Of a stretch of DNA of 64,000 bases, positions 55,570-64,000 are shown in pieces (the first letter of the stretch is position 1; each line of letters begins with the position of its first letter). The position numbers were made by a program, and so were the translations under genes. The notes under the pieces are model-generated. The model made no database searches and had not been told where the DNA came from. It saw only the letters and a list, made by a program, of their open reading frames with translations. The stretch lies in the IMG/VR virus record IMGVR_UViG_3300027969_000039, positions 62,001-126,000 of that record, one strand, 5' to 3'.

Positions 55570-58116
55570 TTAAGCGTTGGCGCCTCTAAGTATTGCAAAA
55601 TTAATTATTGGAGTATCACTTGGGATAGCAGATTGATTGTATATCTGTATGGTAAATGTATTAGCGCCAACCGATAAAATGCTAGGAATATAACTGGTAG
55701 CAGTAGCACCGGAACGGAAATTTATTATAACTATATCAGATACTGTACAAACTACATTAGATACAGCAAAGCTATTCCATGTATTAGCAGTAGATGTTGT
55801 AGTAAACAATGTAATTGATCCAGTAACACATGGTGCTGCCATTGCGACTGCTGTACTACGACTTGTTGCTTGAGTTCCTGCACTACCAGCACCTGATGCA
55901 TATCCAACACCTTGAGTTTTACTATTAGAAAGTATAAAACCAGTACCGGTTAAATTACCACTAGTTAAAGTTGTTAATGTACCAACACTAGTAATATTAC
56001 CTTGTGCTGCTGTTGTTACGGTTCCTGCTGTAGTTGCGCTTGTTGCTGCTCCGGACAAAGCACCAACAAACGTTGTTGCTGTAATAGATGCATTGCCCAA
56101 GTTAGCACTAATGCTTGTATTAATTACCGCAGATGAATTCCCATTTGATGATGATGTAGAGAACGTAGGGTATACCGTTGTTGATGTAGATGTATTTTGT
56201 AATAATGCCGACGCATTTGTTGCACTAGCTACAGTTCCAGTTACATTAGCACCTACCAATGAACTCAACCCATTTCCGTTACCAGTAAATACACCTGTGT
56301 TAGCAGTAAATGCTACTGCGGTTACTGTACCATTAACTCCCAATGATGTTAGTGTGCCAACACTAGTAATATTACCTTGTGCTGCTGTTGTTACAGTACC
56401 TGCTGTTGTAGCACTACCTGCTGTTGTAGCACTACCTGCTGTTGCTACACTTAAATTAGCTACCTGTGTTGTACTTGTAACTACAAAAGGTGCAGTACCG
56501 CCTGCAACATTAGATATAAATTGCGGACTGGTTACATTAGCACTTGCTAGTACTTGCGCTGTGCCTAAATTAAGTACATTAGCATTACCGGATACATTTG
56601 CTGTGCCTGTGATATTAGCACCAGTACTAGTTAATACTAATCTGTTAGCACCTGTTACTGCAATAGATACATTTGCATTAGCAGTAATAGAAATGTTACT
56701 ATTACCATTTTGTAATAGTCCACTATTGATAGTAGTGATGTTACCAGTTGTAATAACTGATGTAGTTGTAGTTGAATTGCCTGAAATTAAGTTACCAACA
56801 ACGTTAGCAGTACCTGCTATGTTAGCGCCGGTCGATGTAACAACAAATTGAGCAGTTACATTGCCCGCGATAAACGTAGAAACATTACCACCAGATGTAA
56901 GTGTGATATTGCTAGTACCACTATTGATTAATGGAATGTTAGCACTCGTACTAAATACACCTGTTGTACCACTTACATTACCCAACCAAGTTAATCCTCG
57001 TGCATTACCTAATGTATTATAAGTTACTACTTCGCTAGCAATAGTTACATTACTACCAAATGCAAATTCACTATTACCAGTATCCCATCCCATAAACGCA
57101 GTTACGGGCGCACTTGTATAATACTGTAATGCAGTTCCTCTATCTTTCCCATCATTACTTGTTAATGCATTGCCGTTTGGTCCGCCGCCCAATGAAATGA
57201 TTGGATCTTGAACATTAAATGAAGTTACATTGTAATAGATTGTATTTCCTGTAACTGTTAAGTTTCCCGTAACGGTTGTATTTCCAGTTACTGTTAAATT
57301 ATTACCAACAGTTAAATTACCCACTATAGAAGTGTTAGTAGGTAAATCTACTGTCATTGTACCAGTTGATGTTATAGGACTATTTGTTACATCTAATGAA
57401 GTACTAGATAGACCTACACTAGTGACACCTGCCGCCGCTGCTGAGGTAGAAACTGTAATGTTTCCATTACTACTACTAAGTGATATTCCAGAGCCAGCAT
57501 TTAATCTTGTTACACCAGTATTAATGATACTGATGTTTCCTGCGGTAGTAATAGGACTACCAGATATTTGTATACCTGCACCAGTTGTTGTCACACCTAC
57601 ACTAGTTACAGTACCAGTGGAAGCAGCATTTGCTATACTAGTAACACGACCATATTGGTCTACTGTAACGGTTGGATAAGTATACGTACCAGCAACAACA
57701 CCACTGGTAGCTAAATCCAATGTGATGATACCACTACTAATAATAGGTCCGCCCACTGAGGTGATCCTAGCTCCTGCTGCTGCGCCTACCACATCAATGT
57801 TTGATACACCACCGCCACCATTACCGCCTCCAGGCGCAGTAATTGTTATGTTCCCGTTACTTTGAGTTAAAACAATACTATCATCACCGGCAACTAAATT
57901 AGTTACACCGGTGTTTGTGATAGTCAAATATGTGTTGCTATTACTATATTCTACATATATTCCATTGCCAGAAACAAAAGTTGTAGTTGGACTAGCACAA
58001 GAAAATAGTGTAGTGAAATTGTTCTTAGATTTATTAAAGGCCGTATATAACGAATCACTGCCCGCAGCTTCGTTCTGTAACCCAATATTGATGTTTTCTA
58101 TGCCTGAAATTGCCAT
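55570..58116 (-). CDS. tail fibre / long Gly-Thr-Asn-rich structural protein
   Basis: GTVTSV, GNLTV and ANVSGN-type repeats; ATAAATA upstream (58140-58134). Confidence 0.8.
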   Translation of the reverse strand: MAISGIENINIGLQNEAAGSDSLYTAFNKSKNNFTTLFSCASPTTTFVSGNGIYVEYSNSNTYLTITNTGVTNLVAGDDSIVLTQSNGNITITAPGGGNGGGGVSNIDVVGAAAGARITSVGGPIISSGIITLDLATSGVVAGTYTYPTVTVDQYGRVTSIANAASTGTVTSVGVTTTGAGIQISGSPITTAGNISIINTGVTRLNAGSGISLSSSNGNITVSTSAAAAGVTSVGLSSTSLDVTNSPITSTGTMTVDLPTNTSIVGNLTVGNNLTVTGNTTVTGNLTVTGNTIYYNVTSFNVQDPIISLGGGPNGNALTSNDGKDRGTALQYYTSAPVTAFMGWDTGNSEFAFGSNVTIASEVVTYNTLGNARGLTWLGNVSGTTGVFSTSANIPLINSGTSNITLTSGGNVSTFIAGNVTAQFVVTSTGANIAGTANVVGNLISGNSTTTTSVITTGNITTINSGLLQNGNSNISITANANVSIAVTGANRLVLTSTGANITGTANVSGNANVLNLGTAQVLASANVTSPQFISNVAGGTAPFVVTSTTQVANLSVATAGSATTAGSATTAGTVTTAAQGNITSVGTLTSLGVNGTVTAVAFTANTGVFTGNGNGLSSLVGANVTGTVASATNASALLQNTSTSTTVYPTFSTSSSNGNSSAVINTSISANLGNASITATTFVGALSGAATSATTAGTVTTAAQGNITSVGTLTTLTSGNLTGTGFILSNSKTQGVGYASGAGSAGTQATSRSTAVAMAAPCVTGSITLFTTTSTANTWNSFAVSNVVCTVSDIVIINFRSGATATSYIPSILSVGANTFTIQIYNQSAIPSDTPIINFAILRGANA
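55982..56445 (-). repeat. internal repeats in the tail fibre gene
   Basis: exact 38-bp duplicate at 55982-56019 and 56357-56394; 18-bp tandem unit ACCTGCTGTTGTAGCACT from 56398. Confidence 0.85.
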
Positions 58117-58160
58117 GGTTAGTCCTTATTATGTATTTATCAATAGGGATTAAATCAGTA

Positions 58161-58505
58161 TCACTCCATCATGTCATAGCTTGGCTGAAAACTGCTTCCA
58201 CAACCGCAAGTTGTCTGTGCATTTGGGTTACTAATAGTGAATTGACTACCGGATAAGTCATCTTTAAAATCAACTTCTGCTCCGGCAACATATTGCATAC
58301 TCATACTATCTACTAAAATCGTAGTAGATCCAGCTGGAATAGCCCAATCATCTTCGTTTTGTACTTCATCTAGTGTGAATCCATAACTCATTCCTGAGCA
58401 TCCTCCACCTTGTACATACATGCGTAATCTTAATGCAGGATTTCCCTCTTCTGCTATTACTTCTAATATCTTTGCTCTTGCGTTTTCTGTAACTGTTAAG
58501 TTCAT
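58161..58505 (-). CDS. erpA: A-type Fe-S cluster carrier (ErpA/IscA)
   Basis: GGGCSG.SY.F and [12 protein letters not shown] motifs; start MNLTVTE at 58505. Confidence 0.92.
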   Translation of the reverse strand: MNLTVTENARAKILEVIAEEGNPALRLRMYVQGGGCSGMSYGFTLDEVQNEDDWAIPAGSTTILVDSMSMQYVAGAEVDFKDDLSGSQFTISNPNAQTTCGCGSSFQPSYDMME

Positions 58506-58506
58506 A

Positions 58507-59604
58507 TTATGATGTTCCTTCGCTAAACCACGGATCAATGATAACCGGTTGTCCGTTACTTCGTTGCATGACATTTGCCGTATGCAAATCCCATCCAAAT
58601 TTATTGATATTTCCTGTACTATATAATAACTGCATCACAGTATATAGCTGTTTATACATACTGTAAGTTTTTTTACTTGCAGGATTTTCTAGTATACTTT
58701 GCCATGTTCTAGCAAAAGTACCAGAATAGTTTGGACTAAAAAAATACCACGGGTGTCCATTTGTTAATTCGCTTTCCACAGTTGACCATGGTTTATTTCC
58801 ACTAACATAATCACTTAATAACCAAACCATACCTTGTAAGAAACCACCTTTTTCTATAGGGGATAATCTCTCCATCTCAATCTGAGTGTAGTCTTTGCCA
58901 TTGATATCGATGGTGTTCACTTCATTGAATCTAGGAACGCATGGTAAATCTTGATGACTCATTGAAAACTCATAAAACTTACGAAATACTTGTTCAGCTT
59001 TGCTACCCGCATCCTCTGGCATCAATATCTTGATCACATGACTATCATCTTTGGCAAAAACAGTAGCATCAGCACCGCTGCCAACATGATGATATCCAGC
59101 CGCTCTTAGTTGTTTCCAAATCTCATTGCTATTCTTAGTAGCTACTTCAGCTTCATCCAAATTATCTTTGACAATCTTGAAGTAGTCATCATACTCACCT
59201 GAATCAATAGGTGCCGCATGGTAACCGGGTACTTTGATTCTATTCAACATACGCTGGTATAATTTAGTTCTATTGTCATCTGCTTTGTGTGAAGTGAATG
59301 TAAGTTGATCAGGATGATAGCTAGAAATCAAATCTTTGATTGACTCAATGACAAATGAGAATACTTGTAATTCATTACCAGAACCAGTCTTTCTAAAAGT
59401 TGTACCAGTTCCGTCCTTTTCATATTCAGTAAAGTCTATTTCCCATACTGATTTACCTTCATCATCGTCATACTGTGAAGCATTAAAAACAATAACACGA
59501 CCACCTATCGTAGCCTTAGTGGTGTATAAGTCTGGAGTTGCTCTAACTACTTCACTAGAGACATTGCTAGTAAATACTTCGGTTATAAATTCTGTGGCTC
59601 TCAT
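58507..59604 (-). CDS. leader + unknown domain + protein kinase-like domain
   Basis: MRATEFITE leader; [20 protein letters not shown] and IIDP kinase motifs. Confidence 0.8.
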   Translation of the reverse strand: MRATEFITEVFTSNVSSEVVRATPDLYTTKATIGGRVIVFNASQYDDDEGKSVWEIDFTEYEKDGTGTTFRKTGSGNELQVFSFVIESIKDLISSYHPDQLTFTSHKADDNRTKLYQRMLNRIKVPGYHAAPIDSGEYDDYFKIVKDNLDEAEVATKNSNEIWKQLRAAGYHHVGSGADATVFAKDDSHVIKILMPEDAGSKAEQVFRKFYEFSMSHQDLPCVPRFNEVNTIDINGKDYTQIEMERLSPIEKGGFLQGMVWLLSDYVSGNKPWSTVESELTNGHPWYFFSPNYSGTFARTWQSILENPASKKTYSMYKQLYTVMQLLYSTGNINKFGWDLHTANVMQRSNGQPVIIDPWFSEGTS

Positions 59605-60155
59605 AGACTCTTACCCCAACGGGTATTAATCACATTCCAGTTTATGATTTTCCACTGTTCTTTGATGTACTTTTTCTTATCACTGCCGTAATCTAATATG
59701 AAAGCATGTTCCCACCAGTCAATCAATAACAATATGTCATTGCGTACTTGATGATTTACTATCGTTTTAATCTTGCCGTCTGTAGCTAAGTATATCCAAC
59801 CACTACCCTGTATCTTCATGGCCTCAATCTCAAACTCAGACTTCATGTTATCATAATCACCGTAATGTTTATTAACGAATCCCATCATAGGGCCGTTGGG
59901 CTTGTTATTGTTTCTCACTTCACGGAACTGCGGGAATAATGTATTATGCAGGAAAGCGCCTGCATAGTTGAAATCTCTATCACCCTCTTTATTATTGTAT
60001 CGTTCAGCATACCCGTGGGCTAGTTTCCCATAGTGCAAATCCAATGTGTCTTTGGATAGTACAGGACTGACTTCAGCCGGAGTGAAGTTTAAGGGTATGA
60101 TTTCTATGTCTTGAGGCTTACTCTTTTCCTCAAGCAATGTAATAATGTCACGCAT
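59601..60155 (-). CDS. Fe/Mn superoxide dismutase with leader
   Basis: LHYGK..Y, LHN, QGSGW and DWWEHA; four metal-ligand positions present. Confidence 0.88.
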   Translation of the reverse strand: MRDIITLLEEKSKPQDIEIIPLNFTPAEVSPVLSKDTLDLHYGKLAHGYAERYNNKEGDRDFNYAGAFLHNTLFPQFREVRNNNKPNGPMMGFVNKHYGDYDNMKSEFEIEAMKIQGSGWIYLATDGKIKTIVNHQVRNDILLLIDWWEHAFILDYGSDKKKYIKEQWKIINWNVINTRWGKSL

Positions 60156-60176
60156 AACATGTATTTATGCGTATTG

Positions 60177-60392
60177 TTACCTGCGCCGAGTAATGCGTCC
60201 TTTAGATAGGTCGTAGGGTGAGAATTCTACTTCCACCGTGTCTCCGAGCAATATTTTAATGTCGTTCTTACGCATACGACCACTGATGTAACCAGTAATC
60301 ACATTACTTGGATTCATCTGTACTTTGAACATAGCATTGGGTAATACATCGATCACCTTACCGTCCATCTTGATTCCCTCTTCTTTTGCCAT
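60177..60392 (-). CDS. infA: translation initiation factor IF-1
   Basis: MAKEEGI...LPNAMF...ISGRMR..I.IL.GD.V.VE.SPYDL.KGRI. Confidence 0.95.
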   Translation of the reverse strand: MAKEEGIKMDGKVIDVLPNAMFKVQMNPSNVITGYISGRMRKNDIKILLGDTVEVEFSPYDLSKGRITRRR

Positions 60393-60411
60393 TTTAGTTT
60401 ATTAAACTCCT

Positions 60412-60810
60412 TTAGTTGCGGCGCATTGTGCTGATATCTCTAGCTTCCTCATCGCTAAAGACAGGAACAGCATTACTCTTGTGCATAGTACCAATACCAA
60501 GAATCTTTGTTCCTGTGTATTTTGGTGCTGGCTTGCTAGACACGGGACCAGAATGTCCAGTATCCAAACTCTTGATGTGATGTGTGTTGGTACGACCGAT
60601 CGGTGTACTAAGTGAATAGACCAATGGTTCTGCTGCCATCGCTCGTTTTTGTCTCTTTGTTTCCTGTTCAACTCCCCACTTTTTCTGTAGGTCGTGCCAG
60701 TCAGATTCTAGTTCACGGTGCTTCCGTGCTTCCTCTGCATTGCGAAACTTAATTTTGCCCTTGCGTTTACCACCCATCGATAGGGAGGGATGTGCTAGAT
60801 GCATAGTCAT
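60412..60810 (-). CDS. hypothetical basic protein
   Basis: 132-aa ORF. Confidence 0.7.
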   Translation of the reverse strand: MTMHLAHPSLSMGGKRKGKIKFRNAEEARKHRELESDWHDLQKKWGVEQETKRQKRAMAAEPLVYSLSTPIGRTNTHHIKSLDTGHSGPVSSKPAPKYTGTKILGIGTMHKSNAVPVFSDEEARDISTMRRN

Positions 60811-60839
60811 ACGGATATAAACATAGTTAATATGAGTAT

Positions 60840-60868
60840 ATTATAATACAAAAATCATTTATTGTCAA
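60840..60868 (-). promoter_or_regulatory. consensus sigma70 promoter
   Basis: TTGACA-N17-TATAAT. Confidence 0.8.
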
Positions 60869-60871
60869 CCG

Positions 60872-61267
60872 TCATCTTTTCAGTATTTCAACAATCTTTT
60901 CTTTTTCCAGAATGTCGGCTTCTAATTCCATATATTGCTTACGCAATTCTCGCAATTTTTTCCACTTTACCTCTAGTTTTTCGTTGGGATGTAGTATCGC
61001 TAACCGTTCTTCTATCTTAGTCAAGGTCTTATCTAGGCTTTTGCCCTTGACTTTAATATCACCCTCAAAAACAGCATCACCTTTAACTTGTAAAGTACCA
61101 GTAGGTTGATGACTAATAGTGTCAGTCCAGACTGGACTTGTGCCATTATTAACTAGAAATTGTCCGCCAGTTCCTGTAGTTATTGGATTTATTGGATTTA
61201 TATTTATACTAGTACCTGTGGTTGTATAAACTTGTTGTGTTGGTGGATAGATTGAACTATTATTCAT
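60872..61267 (-). CDS. hypothetical protein
   Basis: 131 aa; coiled-coil C-terminus. Confidence 0.65.
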   Translation of the reverse strand: MNNSSIYPPTQQVYTTTGTSININPINPITTGTGGQFLVNNGTSPVWTDTISHQPTGTLQVKGDAVFEGDIKVKGKSLDKTLTKIEERLAILHPNEKLEVKWKKLRELRKQYMELEADILEKEKIVEILKR

Positions 61268-61488
61268 GTTTTCTTTAATATATAACGGCCTTCTTCATCT
61301 AATCCAACTTCAATATTATCTCCCTCTTTCCAGCCCATTTGGTCAAGCAATGCTTGTGGGATAGGTAATAATAAGTCATCGTCATTGTCAGGATTTGGTT
61401 GCGTTATTACTTCATAACGCATTCTTTCTTGTCCAGGATTAGGTCTAGCCATGTGTCTAGTATAATGTATTTGTTGATTACTAATCAA
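61264..61488 (-). CDS. AbrB/MazE-type DNA-binding domain protein
   Basis: LLLPIPQALLDQMGWKEGDNIEV; start may be at 61452. Confidence 0.7.
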   Translation of the reverse strand: MISNQQIHYTRHMARPNPGQERMRYEVITQPNPDNDDDLLLPIPQALLDQMGWKEGDNIEVGLDEEGRYILKKT

Positions 61489-62060
61489 GTTTTATGGATG
61501 AATGGTCCGTAAATCTTTTCAAGTTCTTGGATAGTTTGAGCAACAGTACTATCTTCATGCTTTACTGCAATGCCACCTGCACTACTCCATGCATCTAAAT
61601 ATTTGCCATAATCATCTACTAGTACATTTGGGATGCCACCATTTAATGCATGTTTGTACTTTGCACCAGTGAATATTGCACTACCACTAGTTCCCGGGTT
61701 ATATTGGTCTAGCCAATCTTTTTTAGCTTCTATGCTAGCCTTCGCATACGGACCGCGCAACGGAGCAGACAATACGGTGAACGGGATTTTATTATCATTT
61801 AGCCACATTACAATACGCATACCACCTGTTAGTGGCTTTAAGTCTCTAAAAAACTGATAAACTTGTTCCGGGCTACTTGTTGCTAATGCTTGTATATCTT
61901 CTTCTCGTCTTGGAATCTCTTTGTAACTAGAAACCCCATGCTTTCCAGCCCAGGCGCCAAAGAAATCTGCTTGAACTCCATCCATATCTAGGTATAGATG
62001 TGGCATCTTTGCTTCTGGTTCAGACTCAATTTCTTCTAATAATTCTCGTATACGCATCAT
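61485..62060 (-). CDS. HAD-family 5'(3')-deoxyribonucleotidase with leader
   Basis: YLDMDGV, VLSAP, K.DWL and LVDD motifs; leader MRIRELLEE. Confidence 0.82.
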   Translation of the reverse strand: MMRIRELLEEIESEPEAKMPHLYLDMDGVQADFFGAWAGKHGVSSYKEIPRREEDIQALATSSPEQVYQFFRDLKPLTGGMRIVMWLNDNKIPFTVLSAPLRGPYAKASIEAKKDWLDQYNPGTSGSAIFTGAKYKHALNGGIPNVLVDDYGKYLDAWSSAGGIAVKHEDSTVAQTIQELEKIYGPFIHKT

Positions 62061-62142
62061 TATATTTATCTGTACAGTATAGGAACGATTTTATAGCTAA
62101 ATACATAGTACAACAATAATAACAATAATAAGGAGTACAAAA

Positions 62143-62310
62143 ATGGTAACAAAAAAAGTTACTACTAGGCGAAAAGTAGTCGAGCCGCCTCCCCCTCCAT
62201 CAGTAAAGAGTTTCCCGACCGCTGCCTTAGGTGTAGGTATGGTTATCCTAACTAATTACCAAGCAGAAGTAAAGCAAGCACTAGGATTAATAATGAAAGC
62301 ATTAACATGA
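62143..62310 (+). CDS. 55-aa membrane peptide (not in ORF track)
   Basis: AAGGAG RBS; MVTKKVTTRRKVVEPPPPP...KALT*; ATGA overlap. Confidence 0.6.
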   Translation: MVTKKVTTRRKVVEPPPPPSVKSFPTAALGVGMVILTNYQAEVKQALGLIMKALT

Positions 62311-63050
62311 AAATATTAGATAAAATTTTAGAATTTAAGAGAACTCCATATGTTATTGCAGGGGTTATATTTGTAAGCAGTTTGGCTGTTCTTAGTTGTT
62401 TCAAAAGTGCAGAAACGCAACTAACCACACTAAATCATGCTGCTTCTCTCACTCGCACTATGGCTAAATCGTCAGATGATTTGACTAATTATGCTAGATT
62501 TTTCGTGACGACCAAGAATGAACAATGGAGAACAGAATTCAATAATGTGCTTAAAATCCGAAACGGAGAAGTAGCGGATGATAAGGGTGTGACAAAATCA
62601 TTCAAAGACAGAGTAAAAGAAGTACCGTTTTTACAGACCGAATTAGATCAGTTATTAAAAGCAGAACAACTAAGCAACAATCTCGCTAAACTAGAAGTTG
62701 AAGCGTTCGCATGGATAGATAAGGGTAAGCCTGAATTGAATTTTGACATAATGATGCACCATTACACAGAAGCACAGATGTTGATGTTTGGAGATGATTA
62801 CAAAAAATACAAGAAAGAGATCGTTGTCACTACGGATGAATTCTATGTGATGGTGGTAAGCAGATTACAATCAGAATATATGTTCTATATGACAGCAGCA
62901 TGGACGATGATCATTGTCATAAATCTAAGTTTGATTTTATTAGTGATGGTTATCAAGCATAAAGAAGTAGTTGATAAAAAACCGGTTAGAAAAGTTATTA
63001 AAAAGATACCGGTAAAAAAGCCAGCAGTTAAAAAAATTATTAAGGAGTAA
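62307..63050 (+). CDS. two-TM periplasmic sensor-like domain without output domain
   Basis: TM-SSDDLTNYARFFVTT...IRNG-TM resembles MCP/cyclase sensor domains. Confidence 0.6.
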   Translation: MKILDKILEFKRTPYVIAGVIFVSSLAVLSCFKSAETQLTTLNHAASLTRTMAKSSDDLTNYARFFVTTKNEQWRTEFNNVLKIRNGEVADDKGVTKSFKDRVKEVPFLQTELDQLLKAEQLSNNLAKLEVEAFAWIDKGKPELNFDIMMHHYTEAQMLMFGDDYKKYKKEIVVTTDEFYVMVVSRLQSEYMFYMTAAWTMIIVINLSLILLVMVIKHKEVVDKKPVRKVIKKIPVKKPAVKKIIKE

Positions 63051-63053
63051 AAA

Positions 63054-63575
63054 ATGGCAGAATCACGCAGCGAGAGAGAGGCACACATCAAAGATAGAGC
63101 CGGATGGACTATCACAGTAATAGCAGCATTATTAGCAGTTAACACATATATTGCTAATGGAATCAGTGGTAGTGTATTGACTAACACTATCAAAGCTAAC
63201 GATACTTGGAACTTTTATCAAGCAAAAAGCATCAAACAGACTATAGCAGAAAATGCTAGAGATGATGCTATCGCCCGCAAAGATACTAAGAAAGTTGAAC
63301 AATTGACTGCTAAGATCGACCGTTATGAGAGCGATCCAGTCAAGAATGAAGGTAAGAAAGAACTCATGGAAAAAGCTAGAAAGTTAGAAGCTGAAAGAGA
63401 TGAGGCAAAACAACATAGTCCATGGTTAACATTTGCTGGATCAACATTACAACTTAGTATCGTATTATTATCTGCTAGTATTTTAGCAGTTAGTATGGGA
63501 ATGTTTTACTCTAGCATTGGTGTAGGATTGATTGGTGCAATATTGATGAGCCAAGGCATTTGGATGTGGATGTAA
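63054..63575 (+). CDS. DUF4337-like membrane protein
   Basis: TM, ANDTWNFYQAKSIKQ, coiled coil and two C-terminal TMs. Confidence 0.7.
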   Translation: MAESRSEREAHIKDRAGWTITVIAALLAVNTYIANGISGSVLTNTIKANDTWNFYQAKSIKQTIAENARDDAIARKDTKKVEQLTAKIDRYESDPVKNEGKKELMEKARKLEAERDEAKQHSPWLTFAGSTLQLSIVLLSASILAVSMGMFYSSIGVGLIGAILMSQGIWMWM

Positions 63576-63585
63576 GGCCATACTT

Positions 63586-63828
63586 ATGGCTAACATGGTA
63601 TGGTCTATCGCAATAATCAGTGCAGGGATTGTATCGCCGGTTATACAGCAGATTGGATATTTTCAAGATGAGGCTACTTGTCAAAGAAGCCTAACCGACC
63701 TTAAATCACAGATACCTGTACAACATAAAATGGTATGTGTACAATACCCAGAACCTCCGCCACCTCCACCGCCTCCTCCACCAACCCCTAAGTCACAATC
63801 ACTTAATTCTAAGGATGCACGAAAATGA
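63586..63828 (+). CDS. small exported Pro-rich protein
   Basis: hydrophobic N-terminus; C...C pair; poly-Pro run. Confidence 0.55.
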   Translation: MANMVWSIAIISAGIVSPVIQQIGYFQDEATCQRSLTDLKSQIPVQHKMVCVQYPEPPPPPPPPPPTPKSQSLNSKDARK

Positions 63829-64000
63829 TCGATCCGTTCACCGCATTTGCGATAGCACAAGCAACAGTGGCCGGAATAAAGAAAGCAGTTGCATTGGGAA
63901 AAGATATAAACGGCCTCATAAACGAATTTAGCAAATTCTATAATTCTGCTGATGAGGTACATAATGCTAGTGTCAAATTAAAAGTACAAAGCATCAGGAT
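63825..64000 (+). CDS. hypothetical protein, truncated by the window end
   Basis: MIDPFTAFAIAQATVAGIKKAVALGKDI... open to position 64000. Confidence 0.6.
   Translation, partial: MIDPFTAFAIAQATVAGIKKAVALGKDINGLINEFSKFYNSADEVHNASVKLKVQSIR

Noticed and set aside
62111-62130. Short AACAATAAT duplication
   Set aside because: A-rich low-complexity leader upstream of an RBS; at most a translational enhancer.
63745-63790. CC(A/T/G) triplet run
   Set aside because: Simply encodes a poly-proline stretch.
724-63962. Numerous opposite-strand or alternate-frame ORFs in the track (e.g. 3385-3882, 46034-46534, 56093-56851, 36733-37125)
   Set aside because: They are shadows of well-supported genes, with no RBS or recognisable motifs.
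1-64000. Alternative genetic code (stop-codon reassignment)
   Set aside because: Known genes are intact under the standard code and all three stops are used with tight coupling.

Overview
This 64-kb window is a gene-dense, AT-rich segment of a large T4-like (probably jumbo) dsDNA phage, mostly encoded on the minus strand. It has sigma70-consensus early promoters and T4-late-type TAAATA promoters. Recognisable content: replication and repair genes (family B DNA polymerase, sliding clamp, clamp loader, T4-type RNase H, UvsE), a 7-deazaguanine DNA-modification cluster (folE, queD, queE, dpdA-like, a second T-fold protein, no queC in the window) interleaved with glycosylation enzymes, host-derived auxiliary genes (tilS-like, dps, SOD, erpA, infA, phoH, clpA, dnaJ, groES, a TctC/Bug solute-binding protein) and a tail-fibre gene. 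Two patterns are not explained by ordinary annotation. (1) A set of late genes starts with T4 capsid-targeting-like leaders ([27 protein letters not shown] and similar). These genes are built from short modules, and several module joints carry a nucleotide-conserved, in-frame repeat, GGTGTGGCGGAA (GVAE). The cargo domains include a nucleotidyltransferase, a GNAT, a kinase, SOD, a HAD nucleotidase and a peptidase. This suggests a cassette-assembled, protease-processed, virion-delivered effector system. (2) An array of small MNERI...KFAELIV...HFGVEE paralogues has three DNA-conserved anchors flanking hypervariable segments. All calls come from motif recognition by eye; no database search or folding computation was run. 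No CRISPR array, tRNA, integrase or reverse transcriptase was found.
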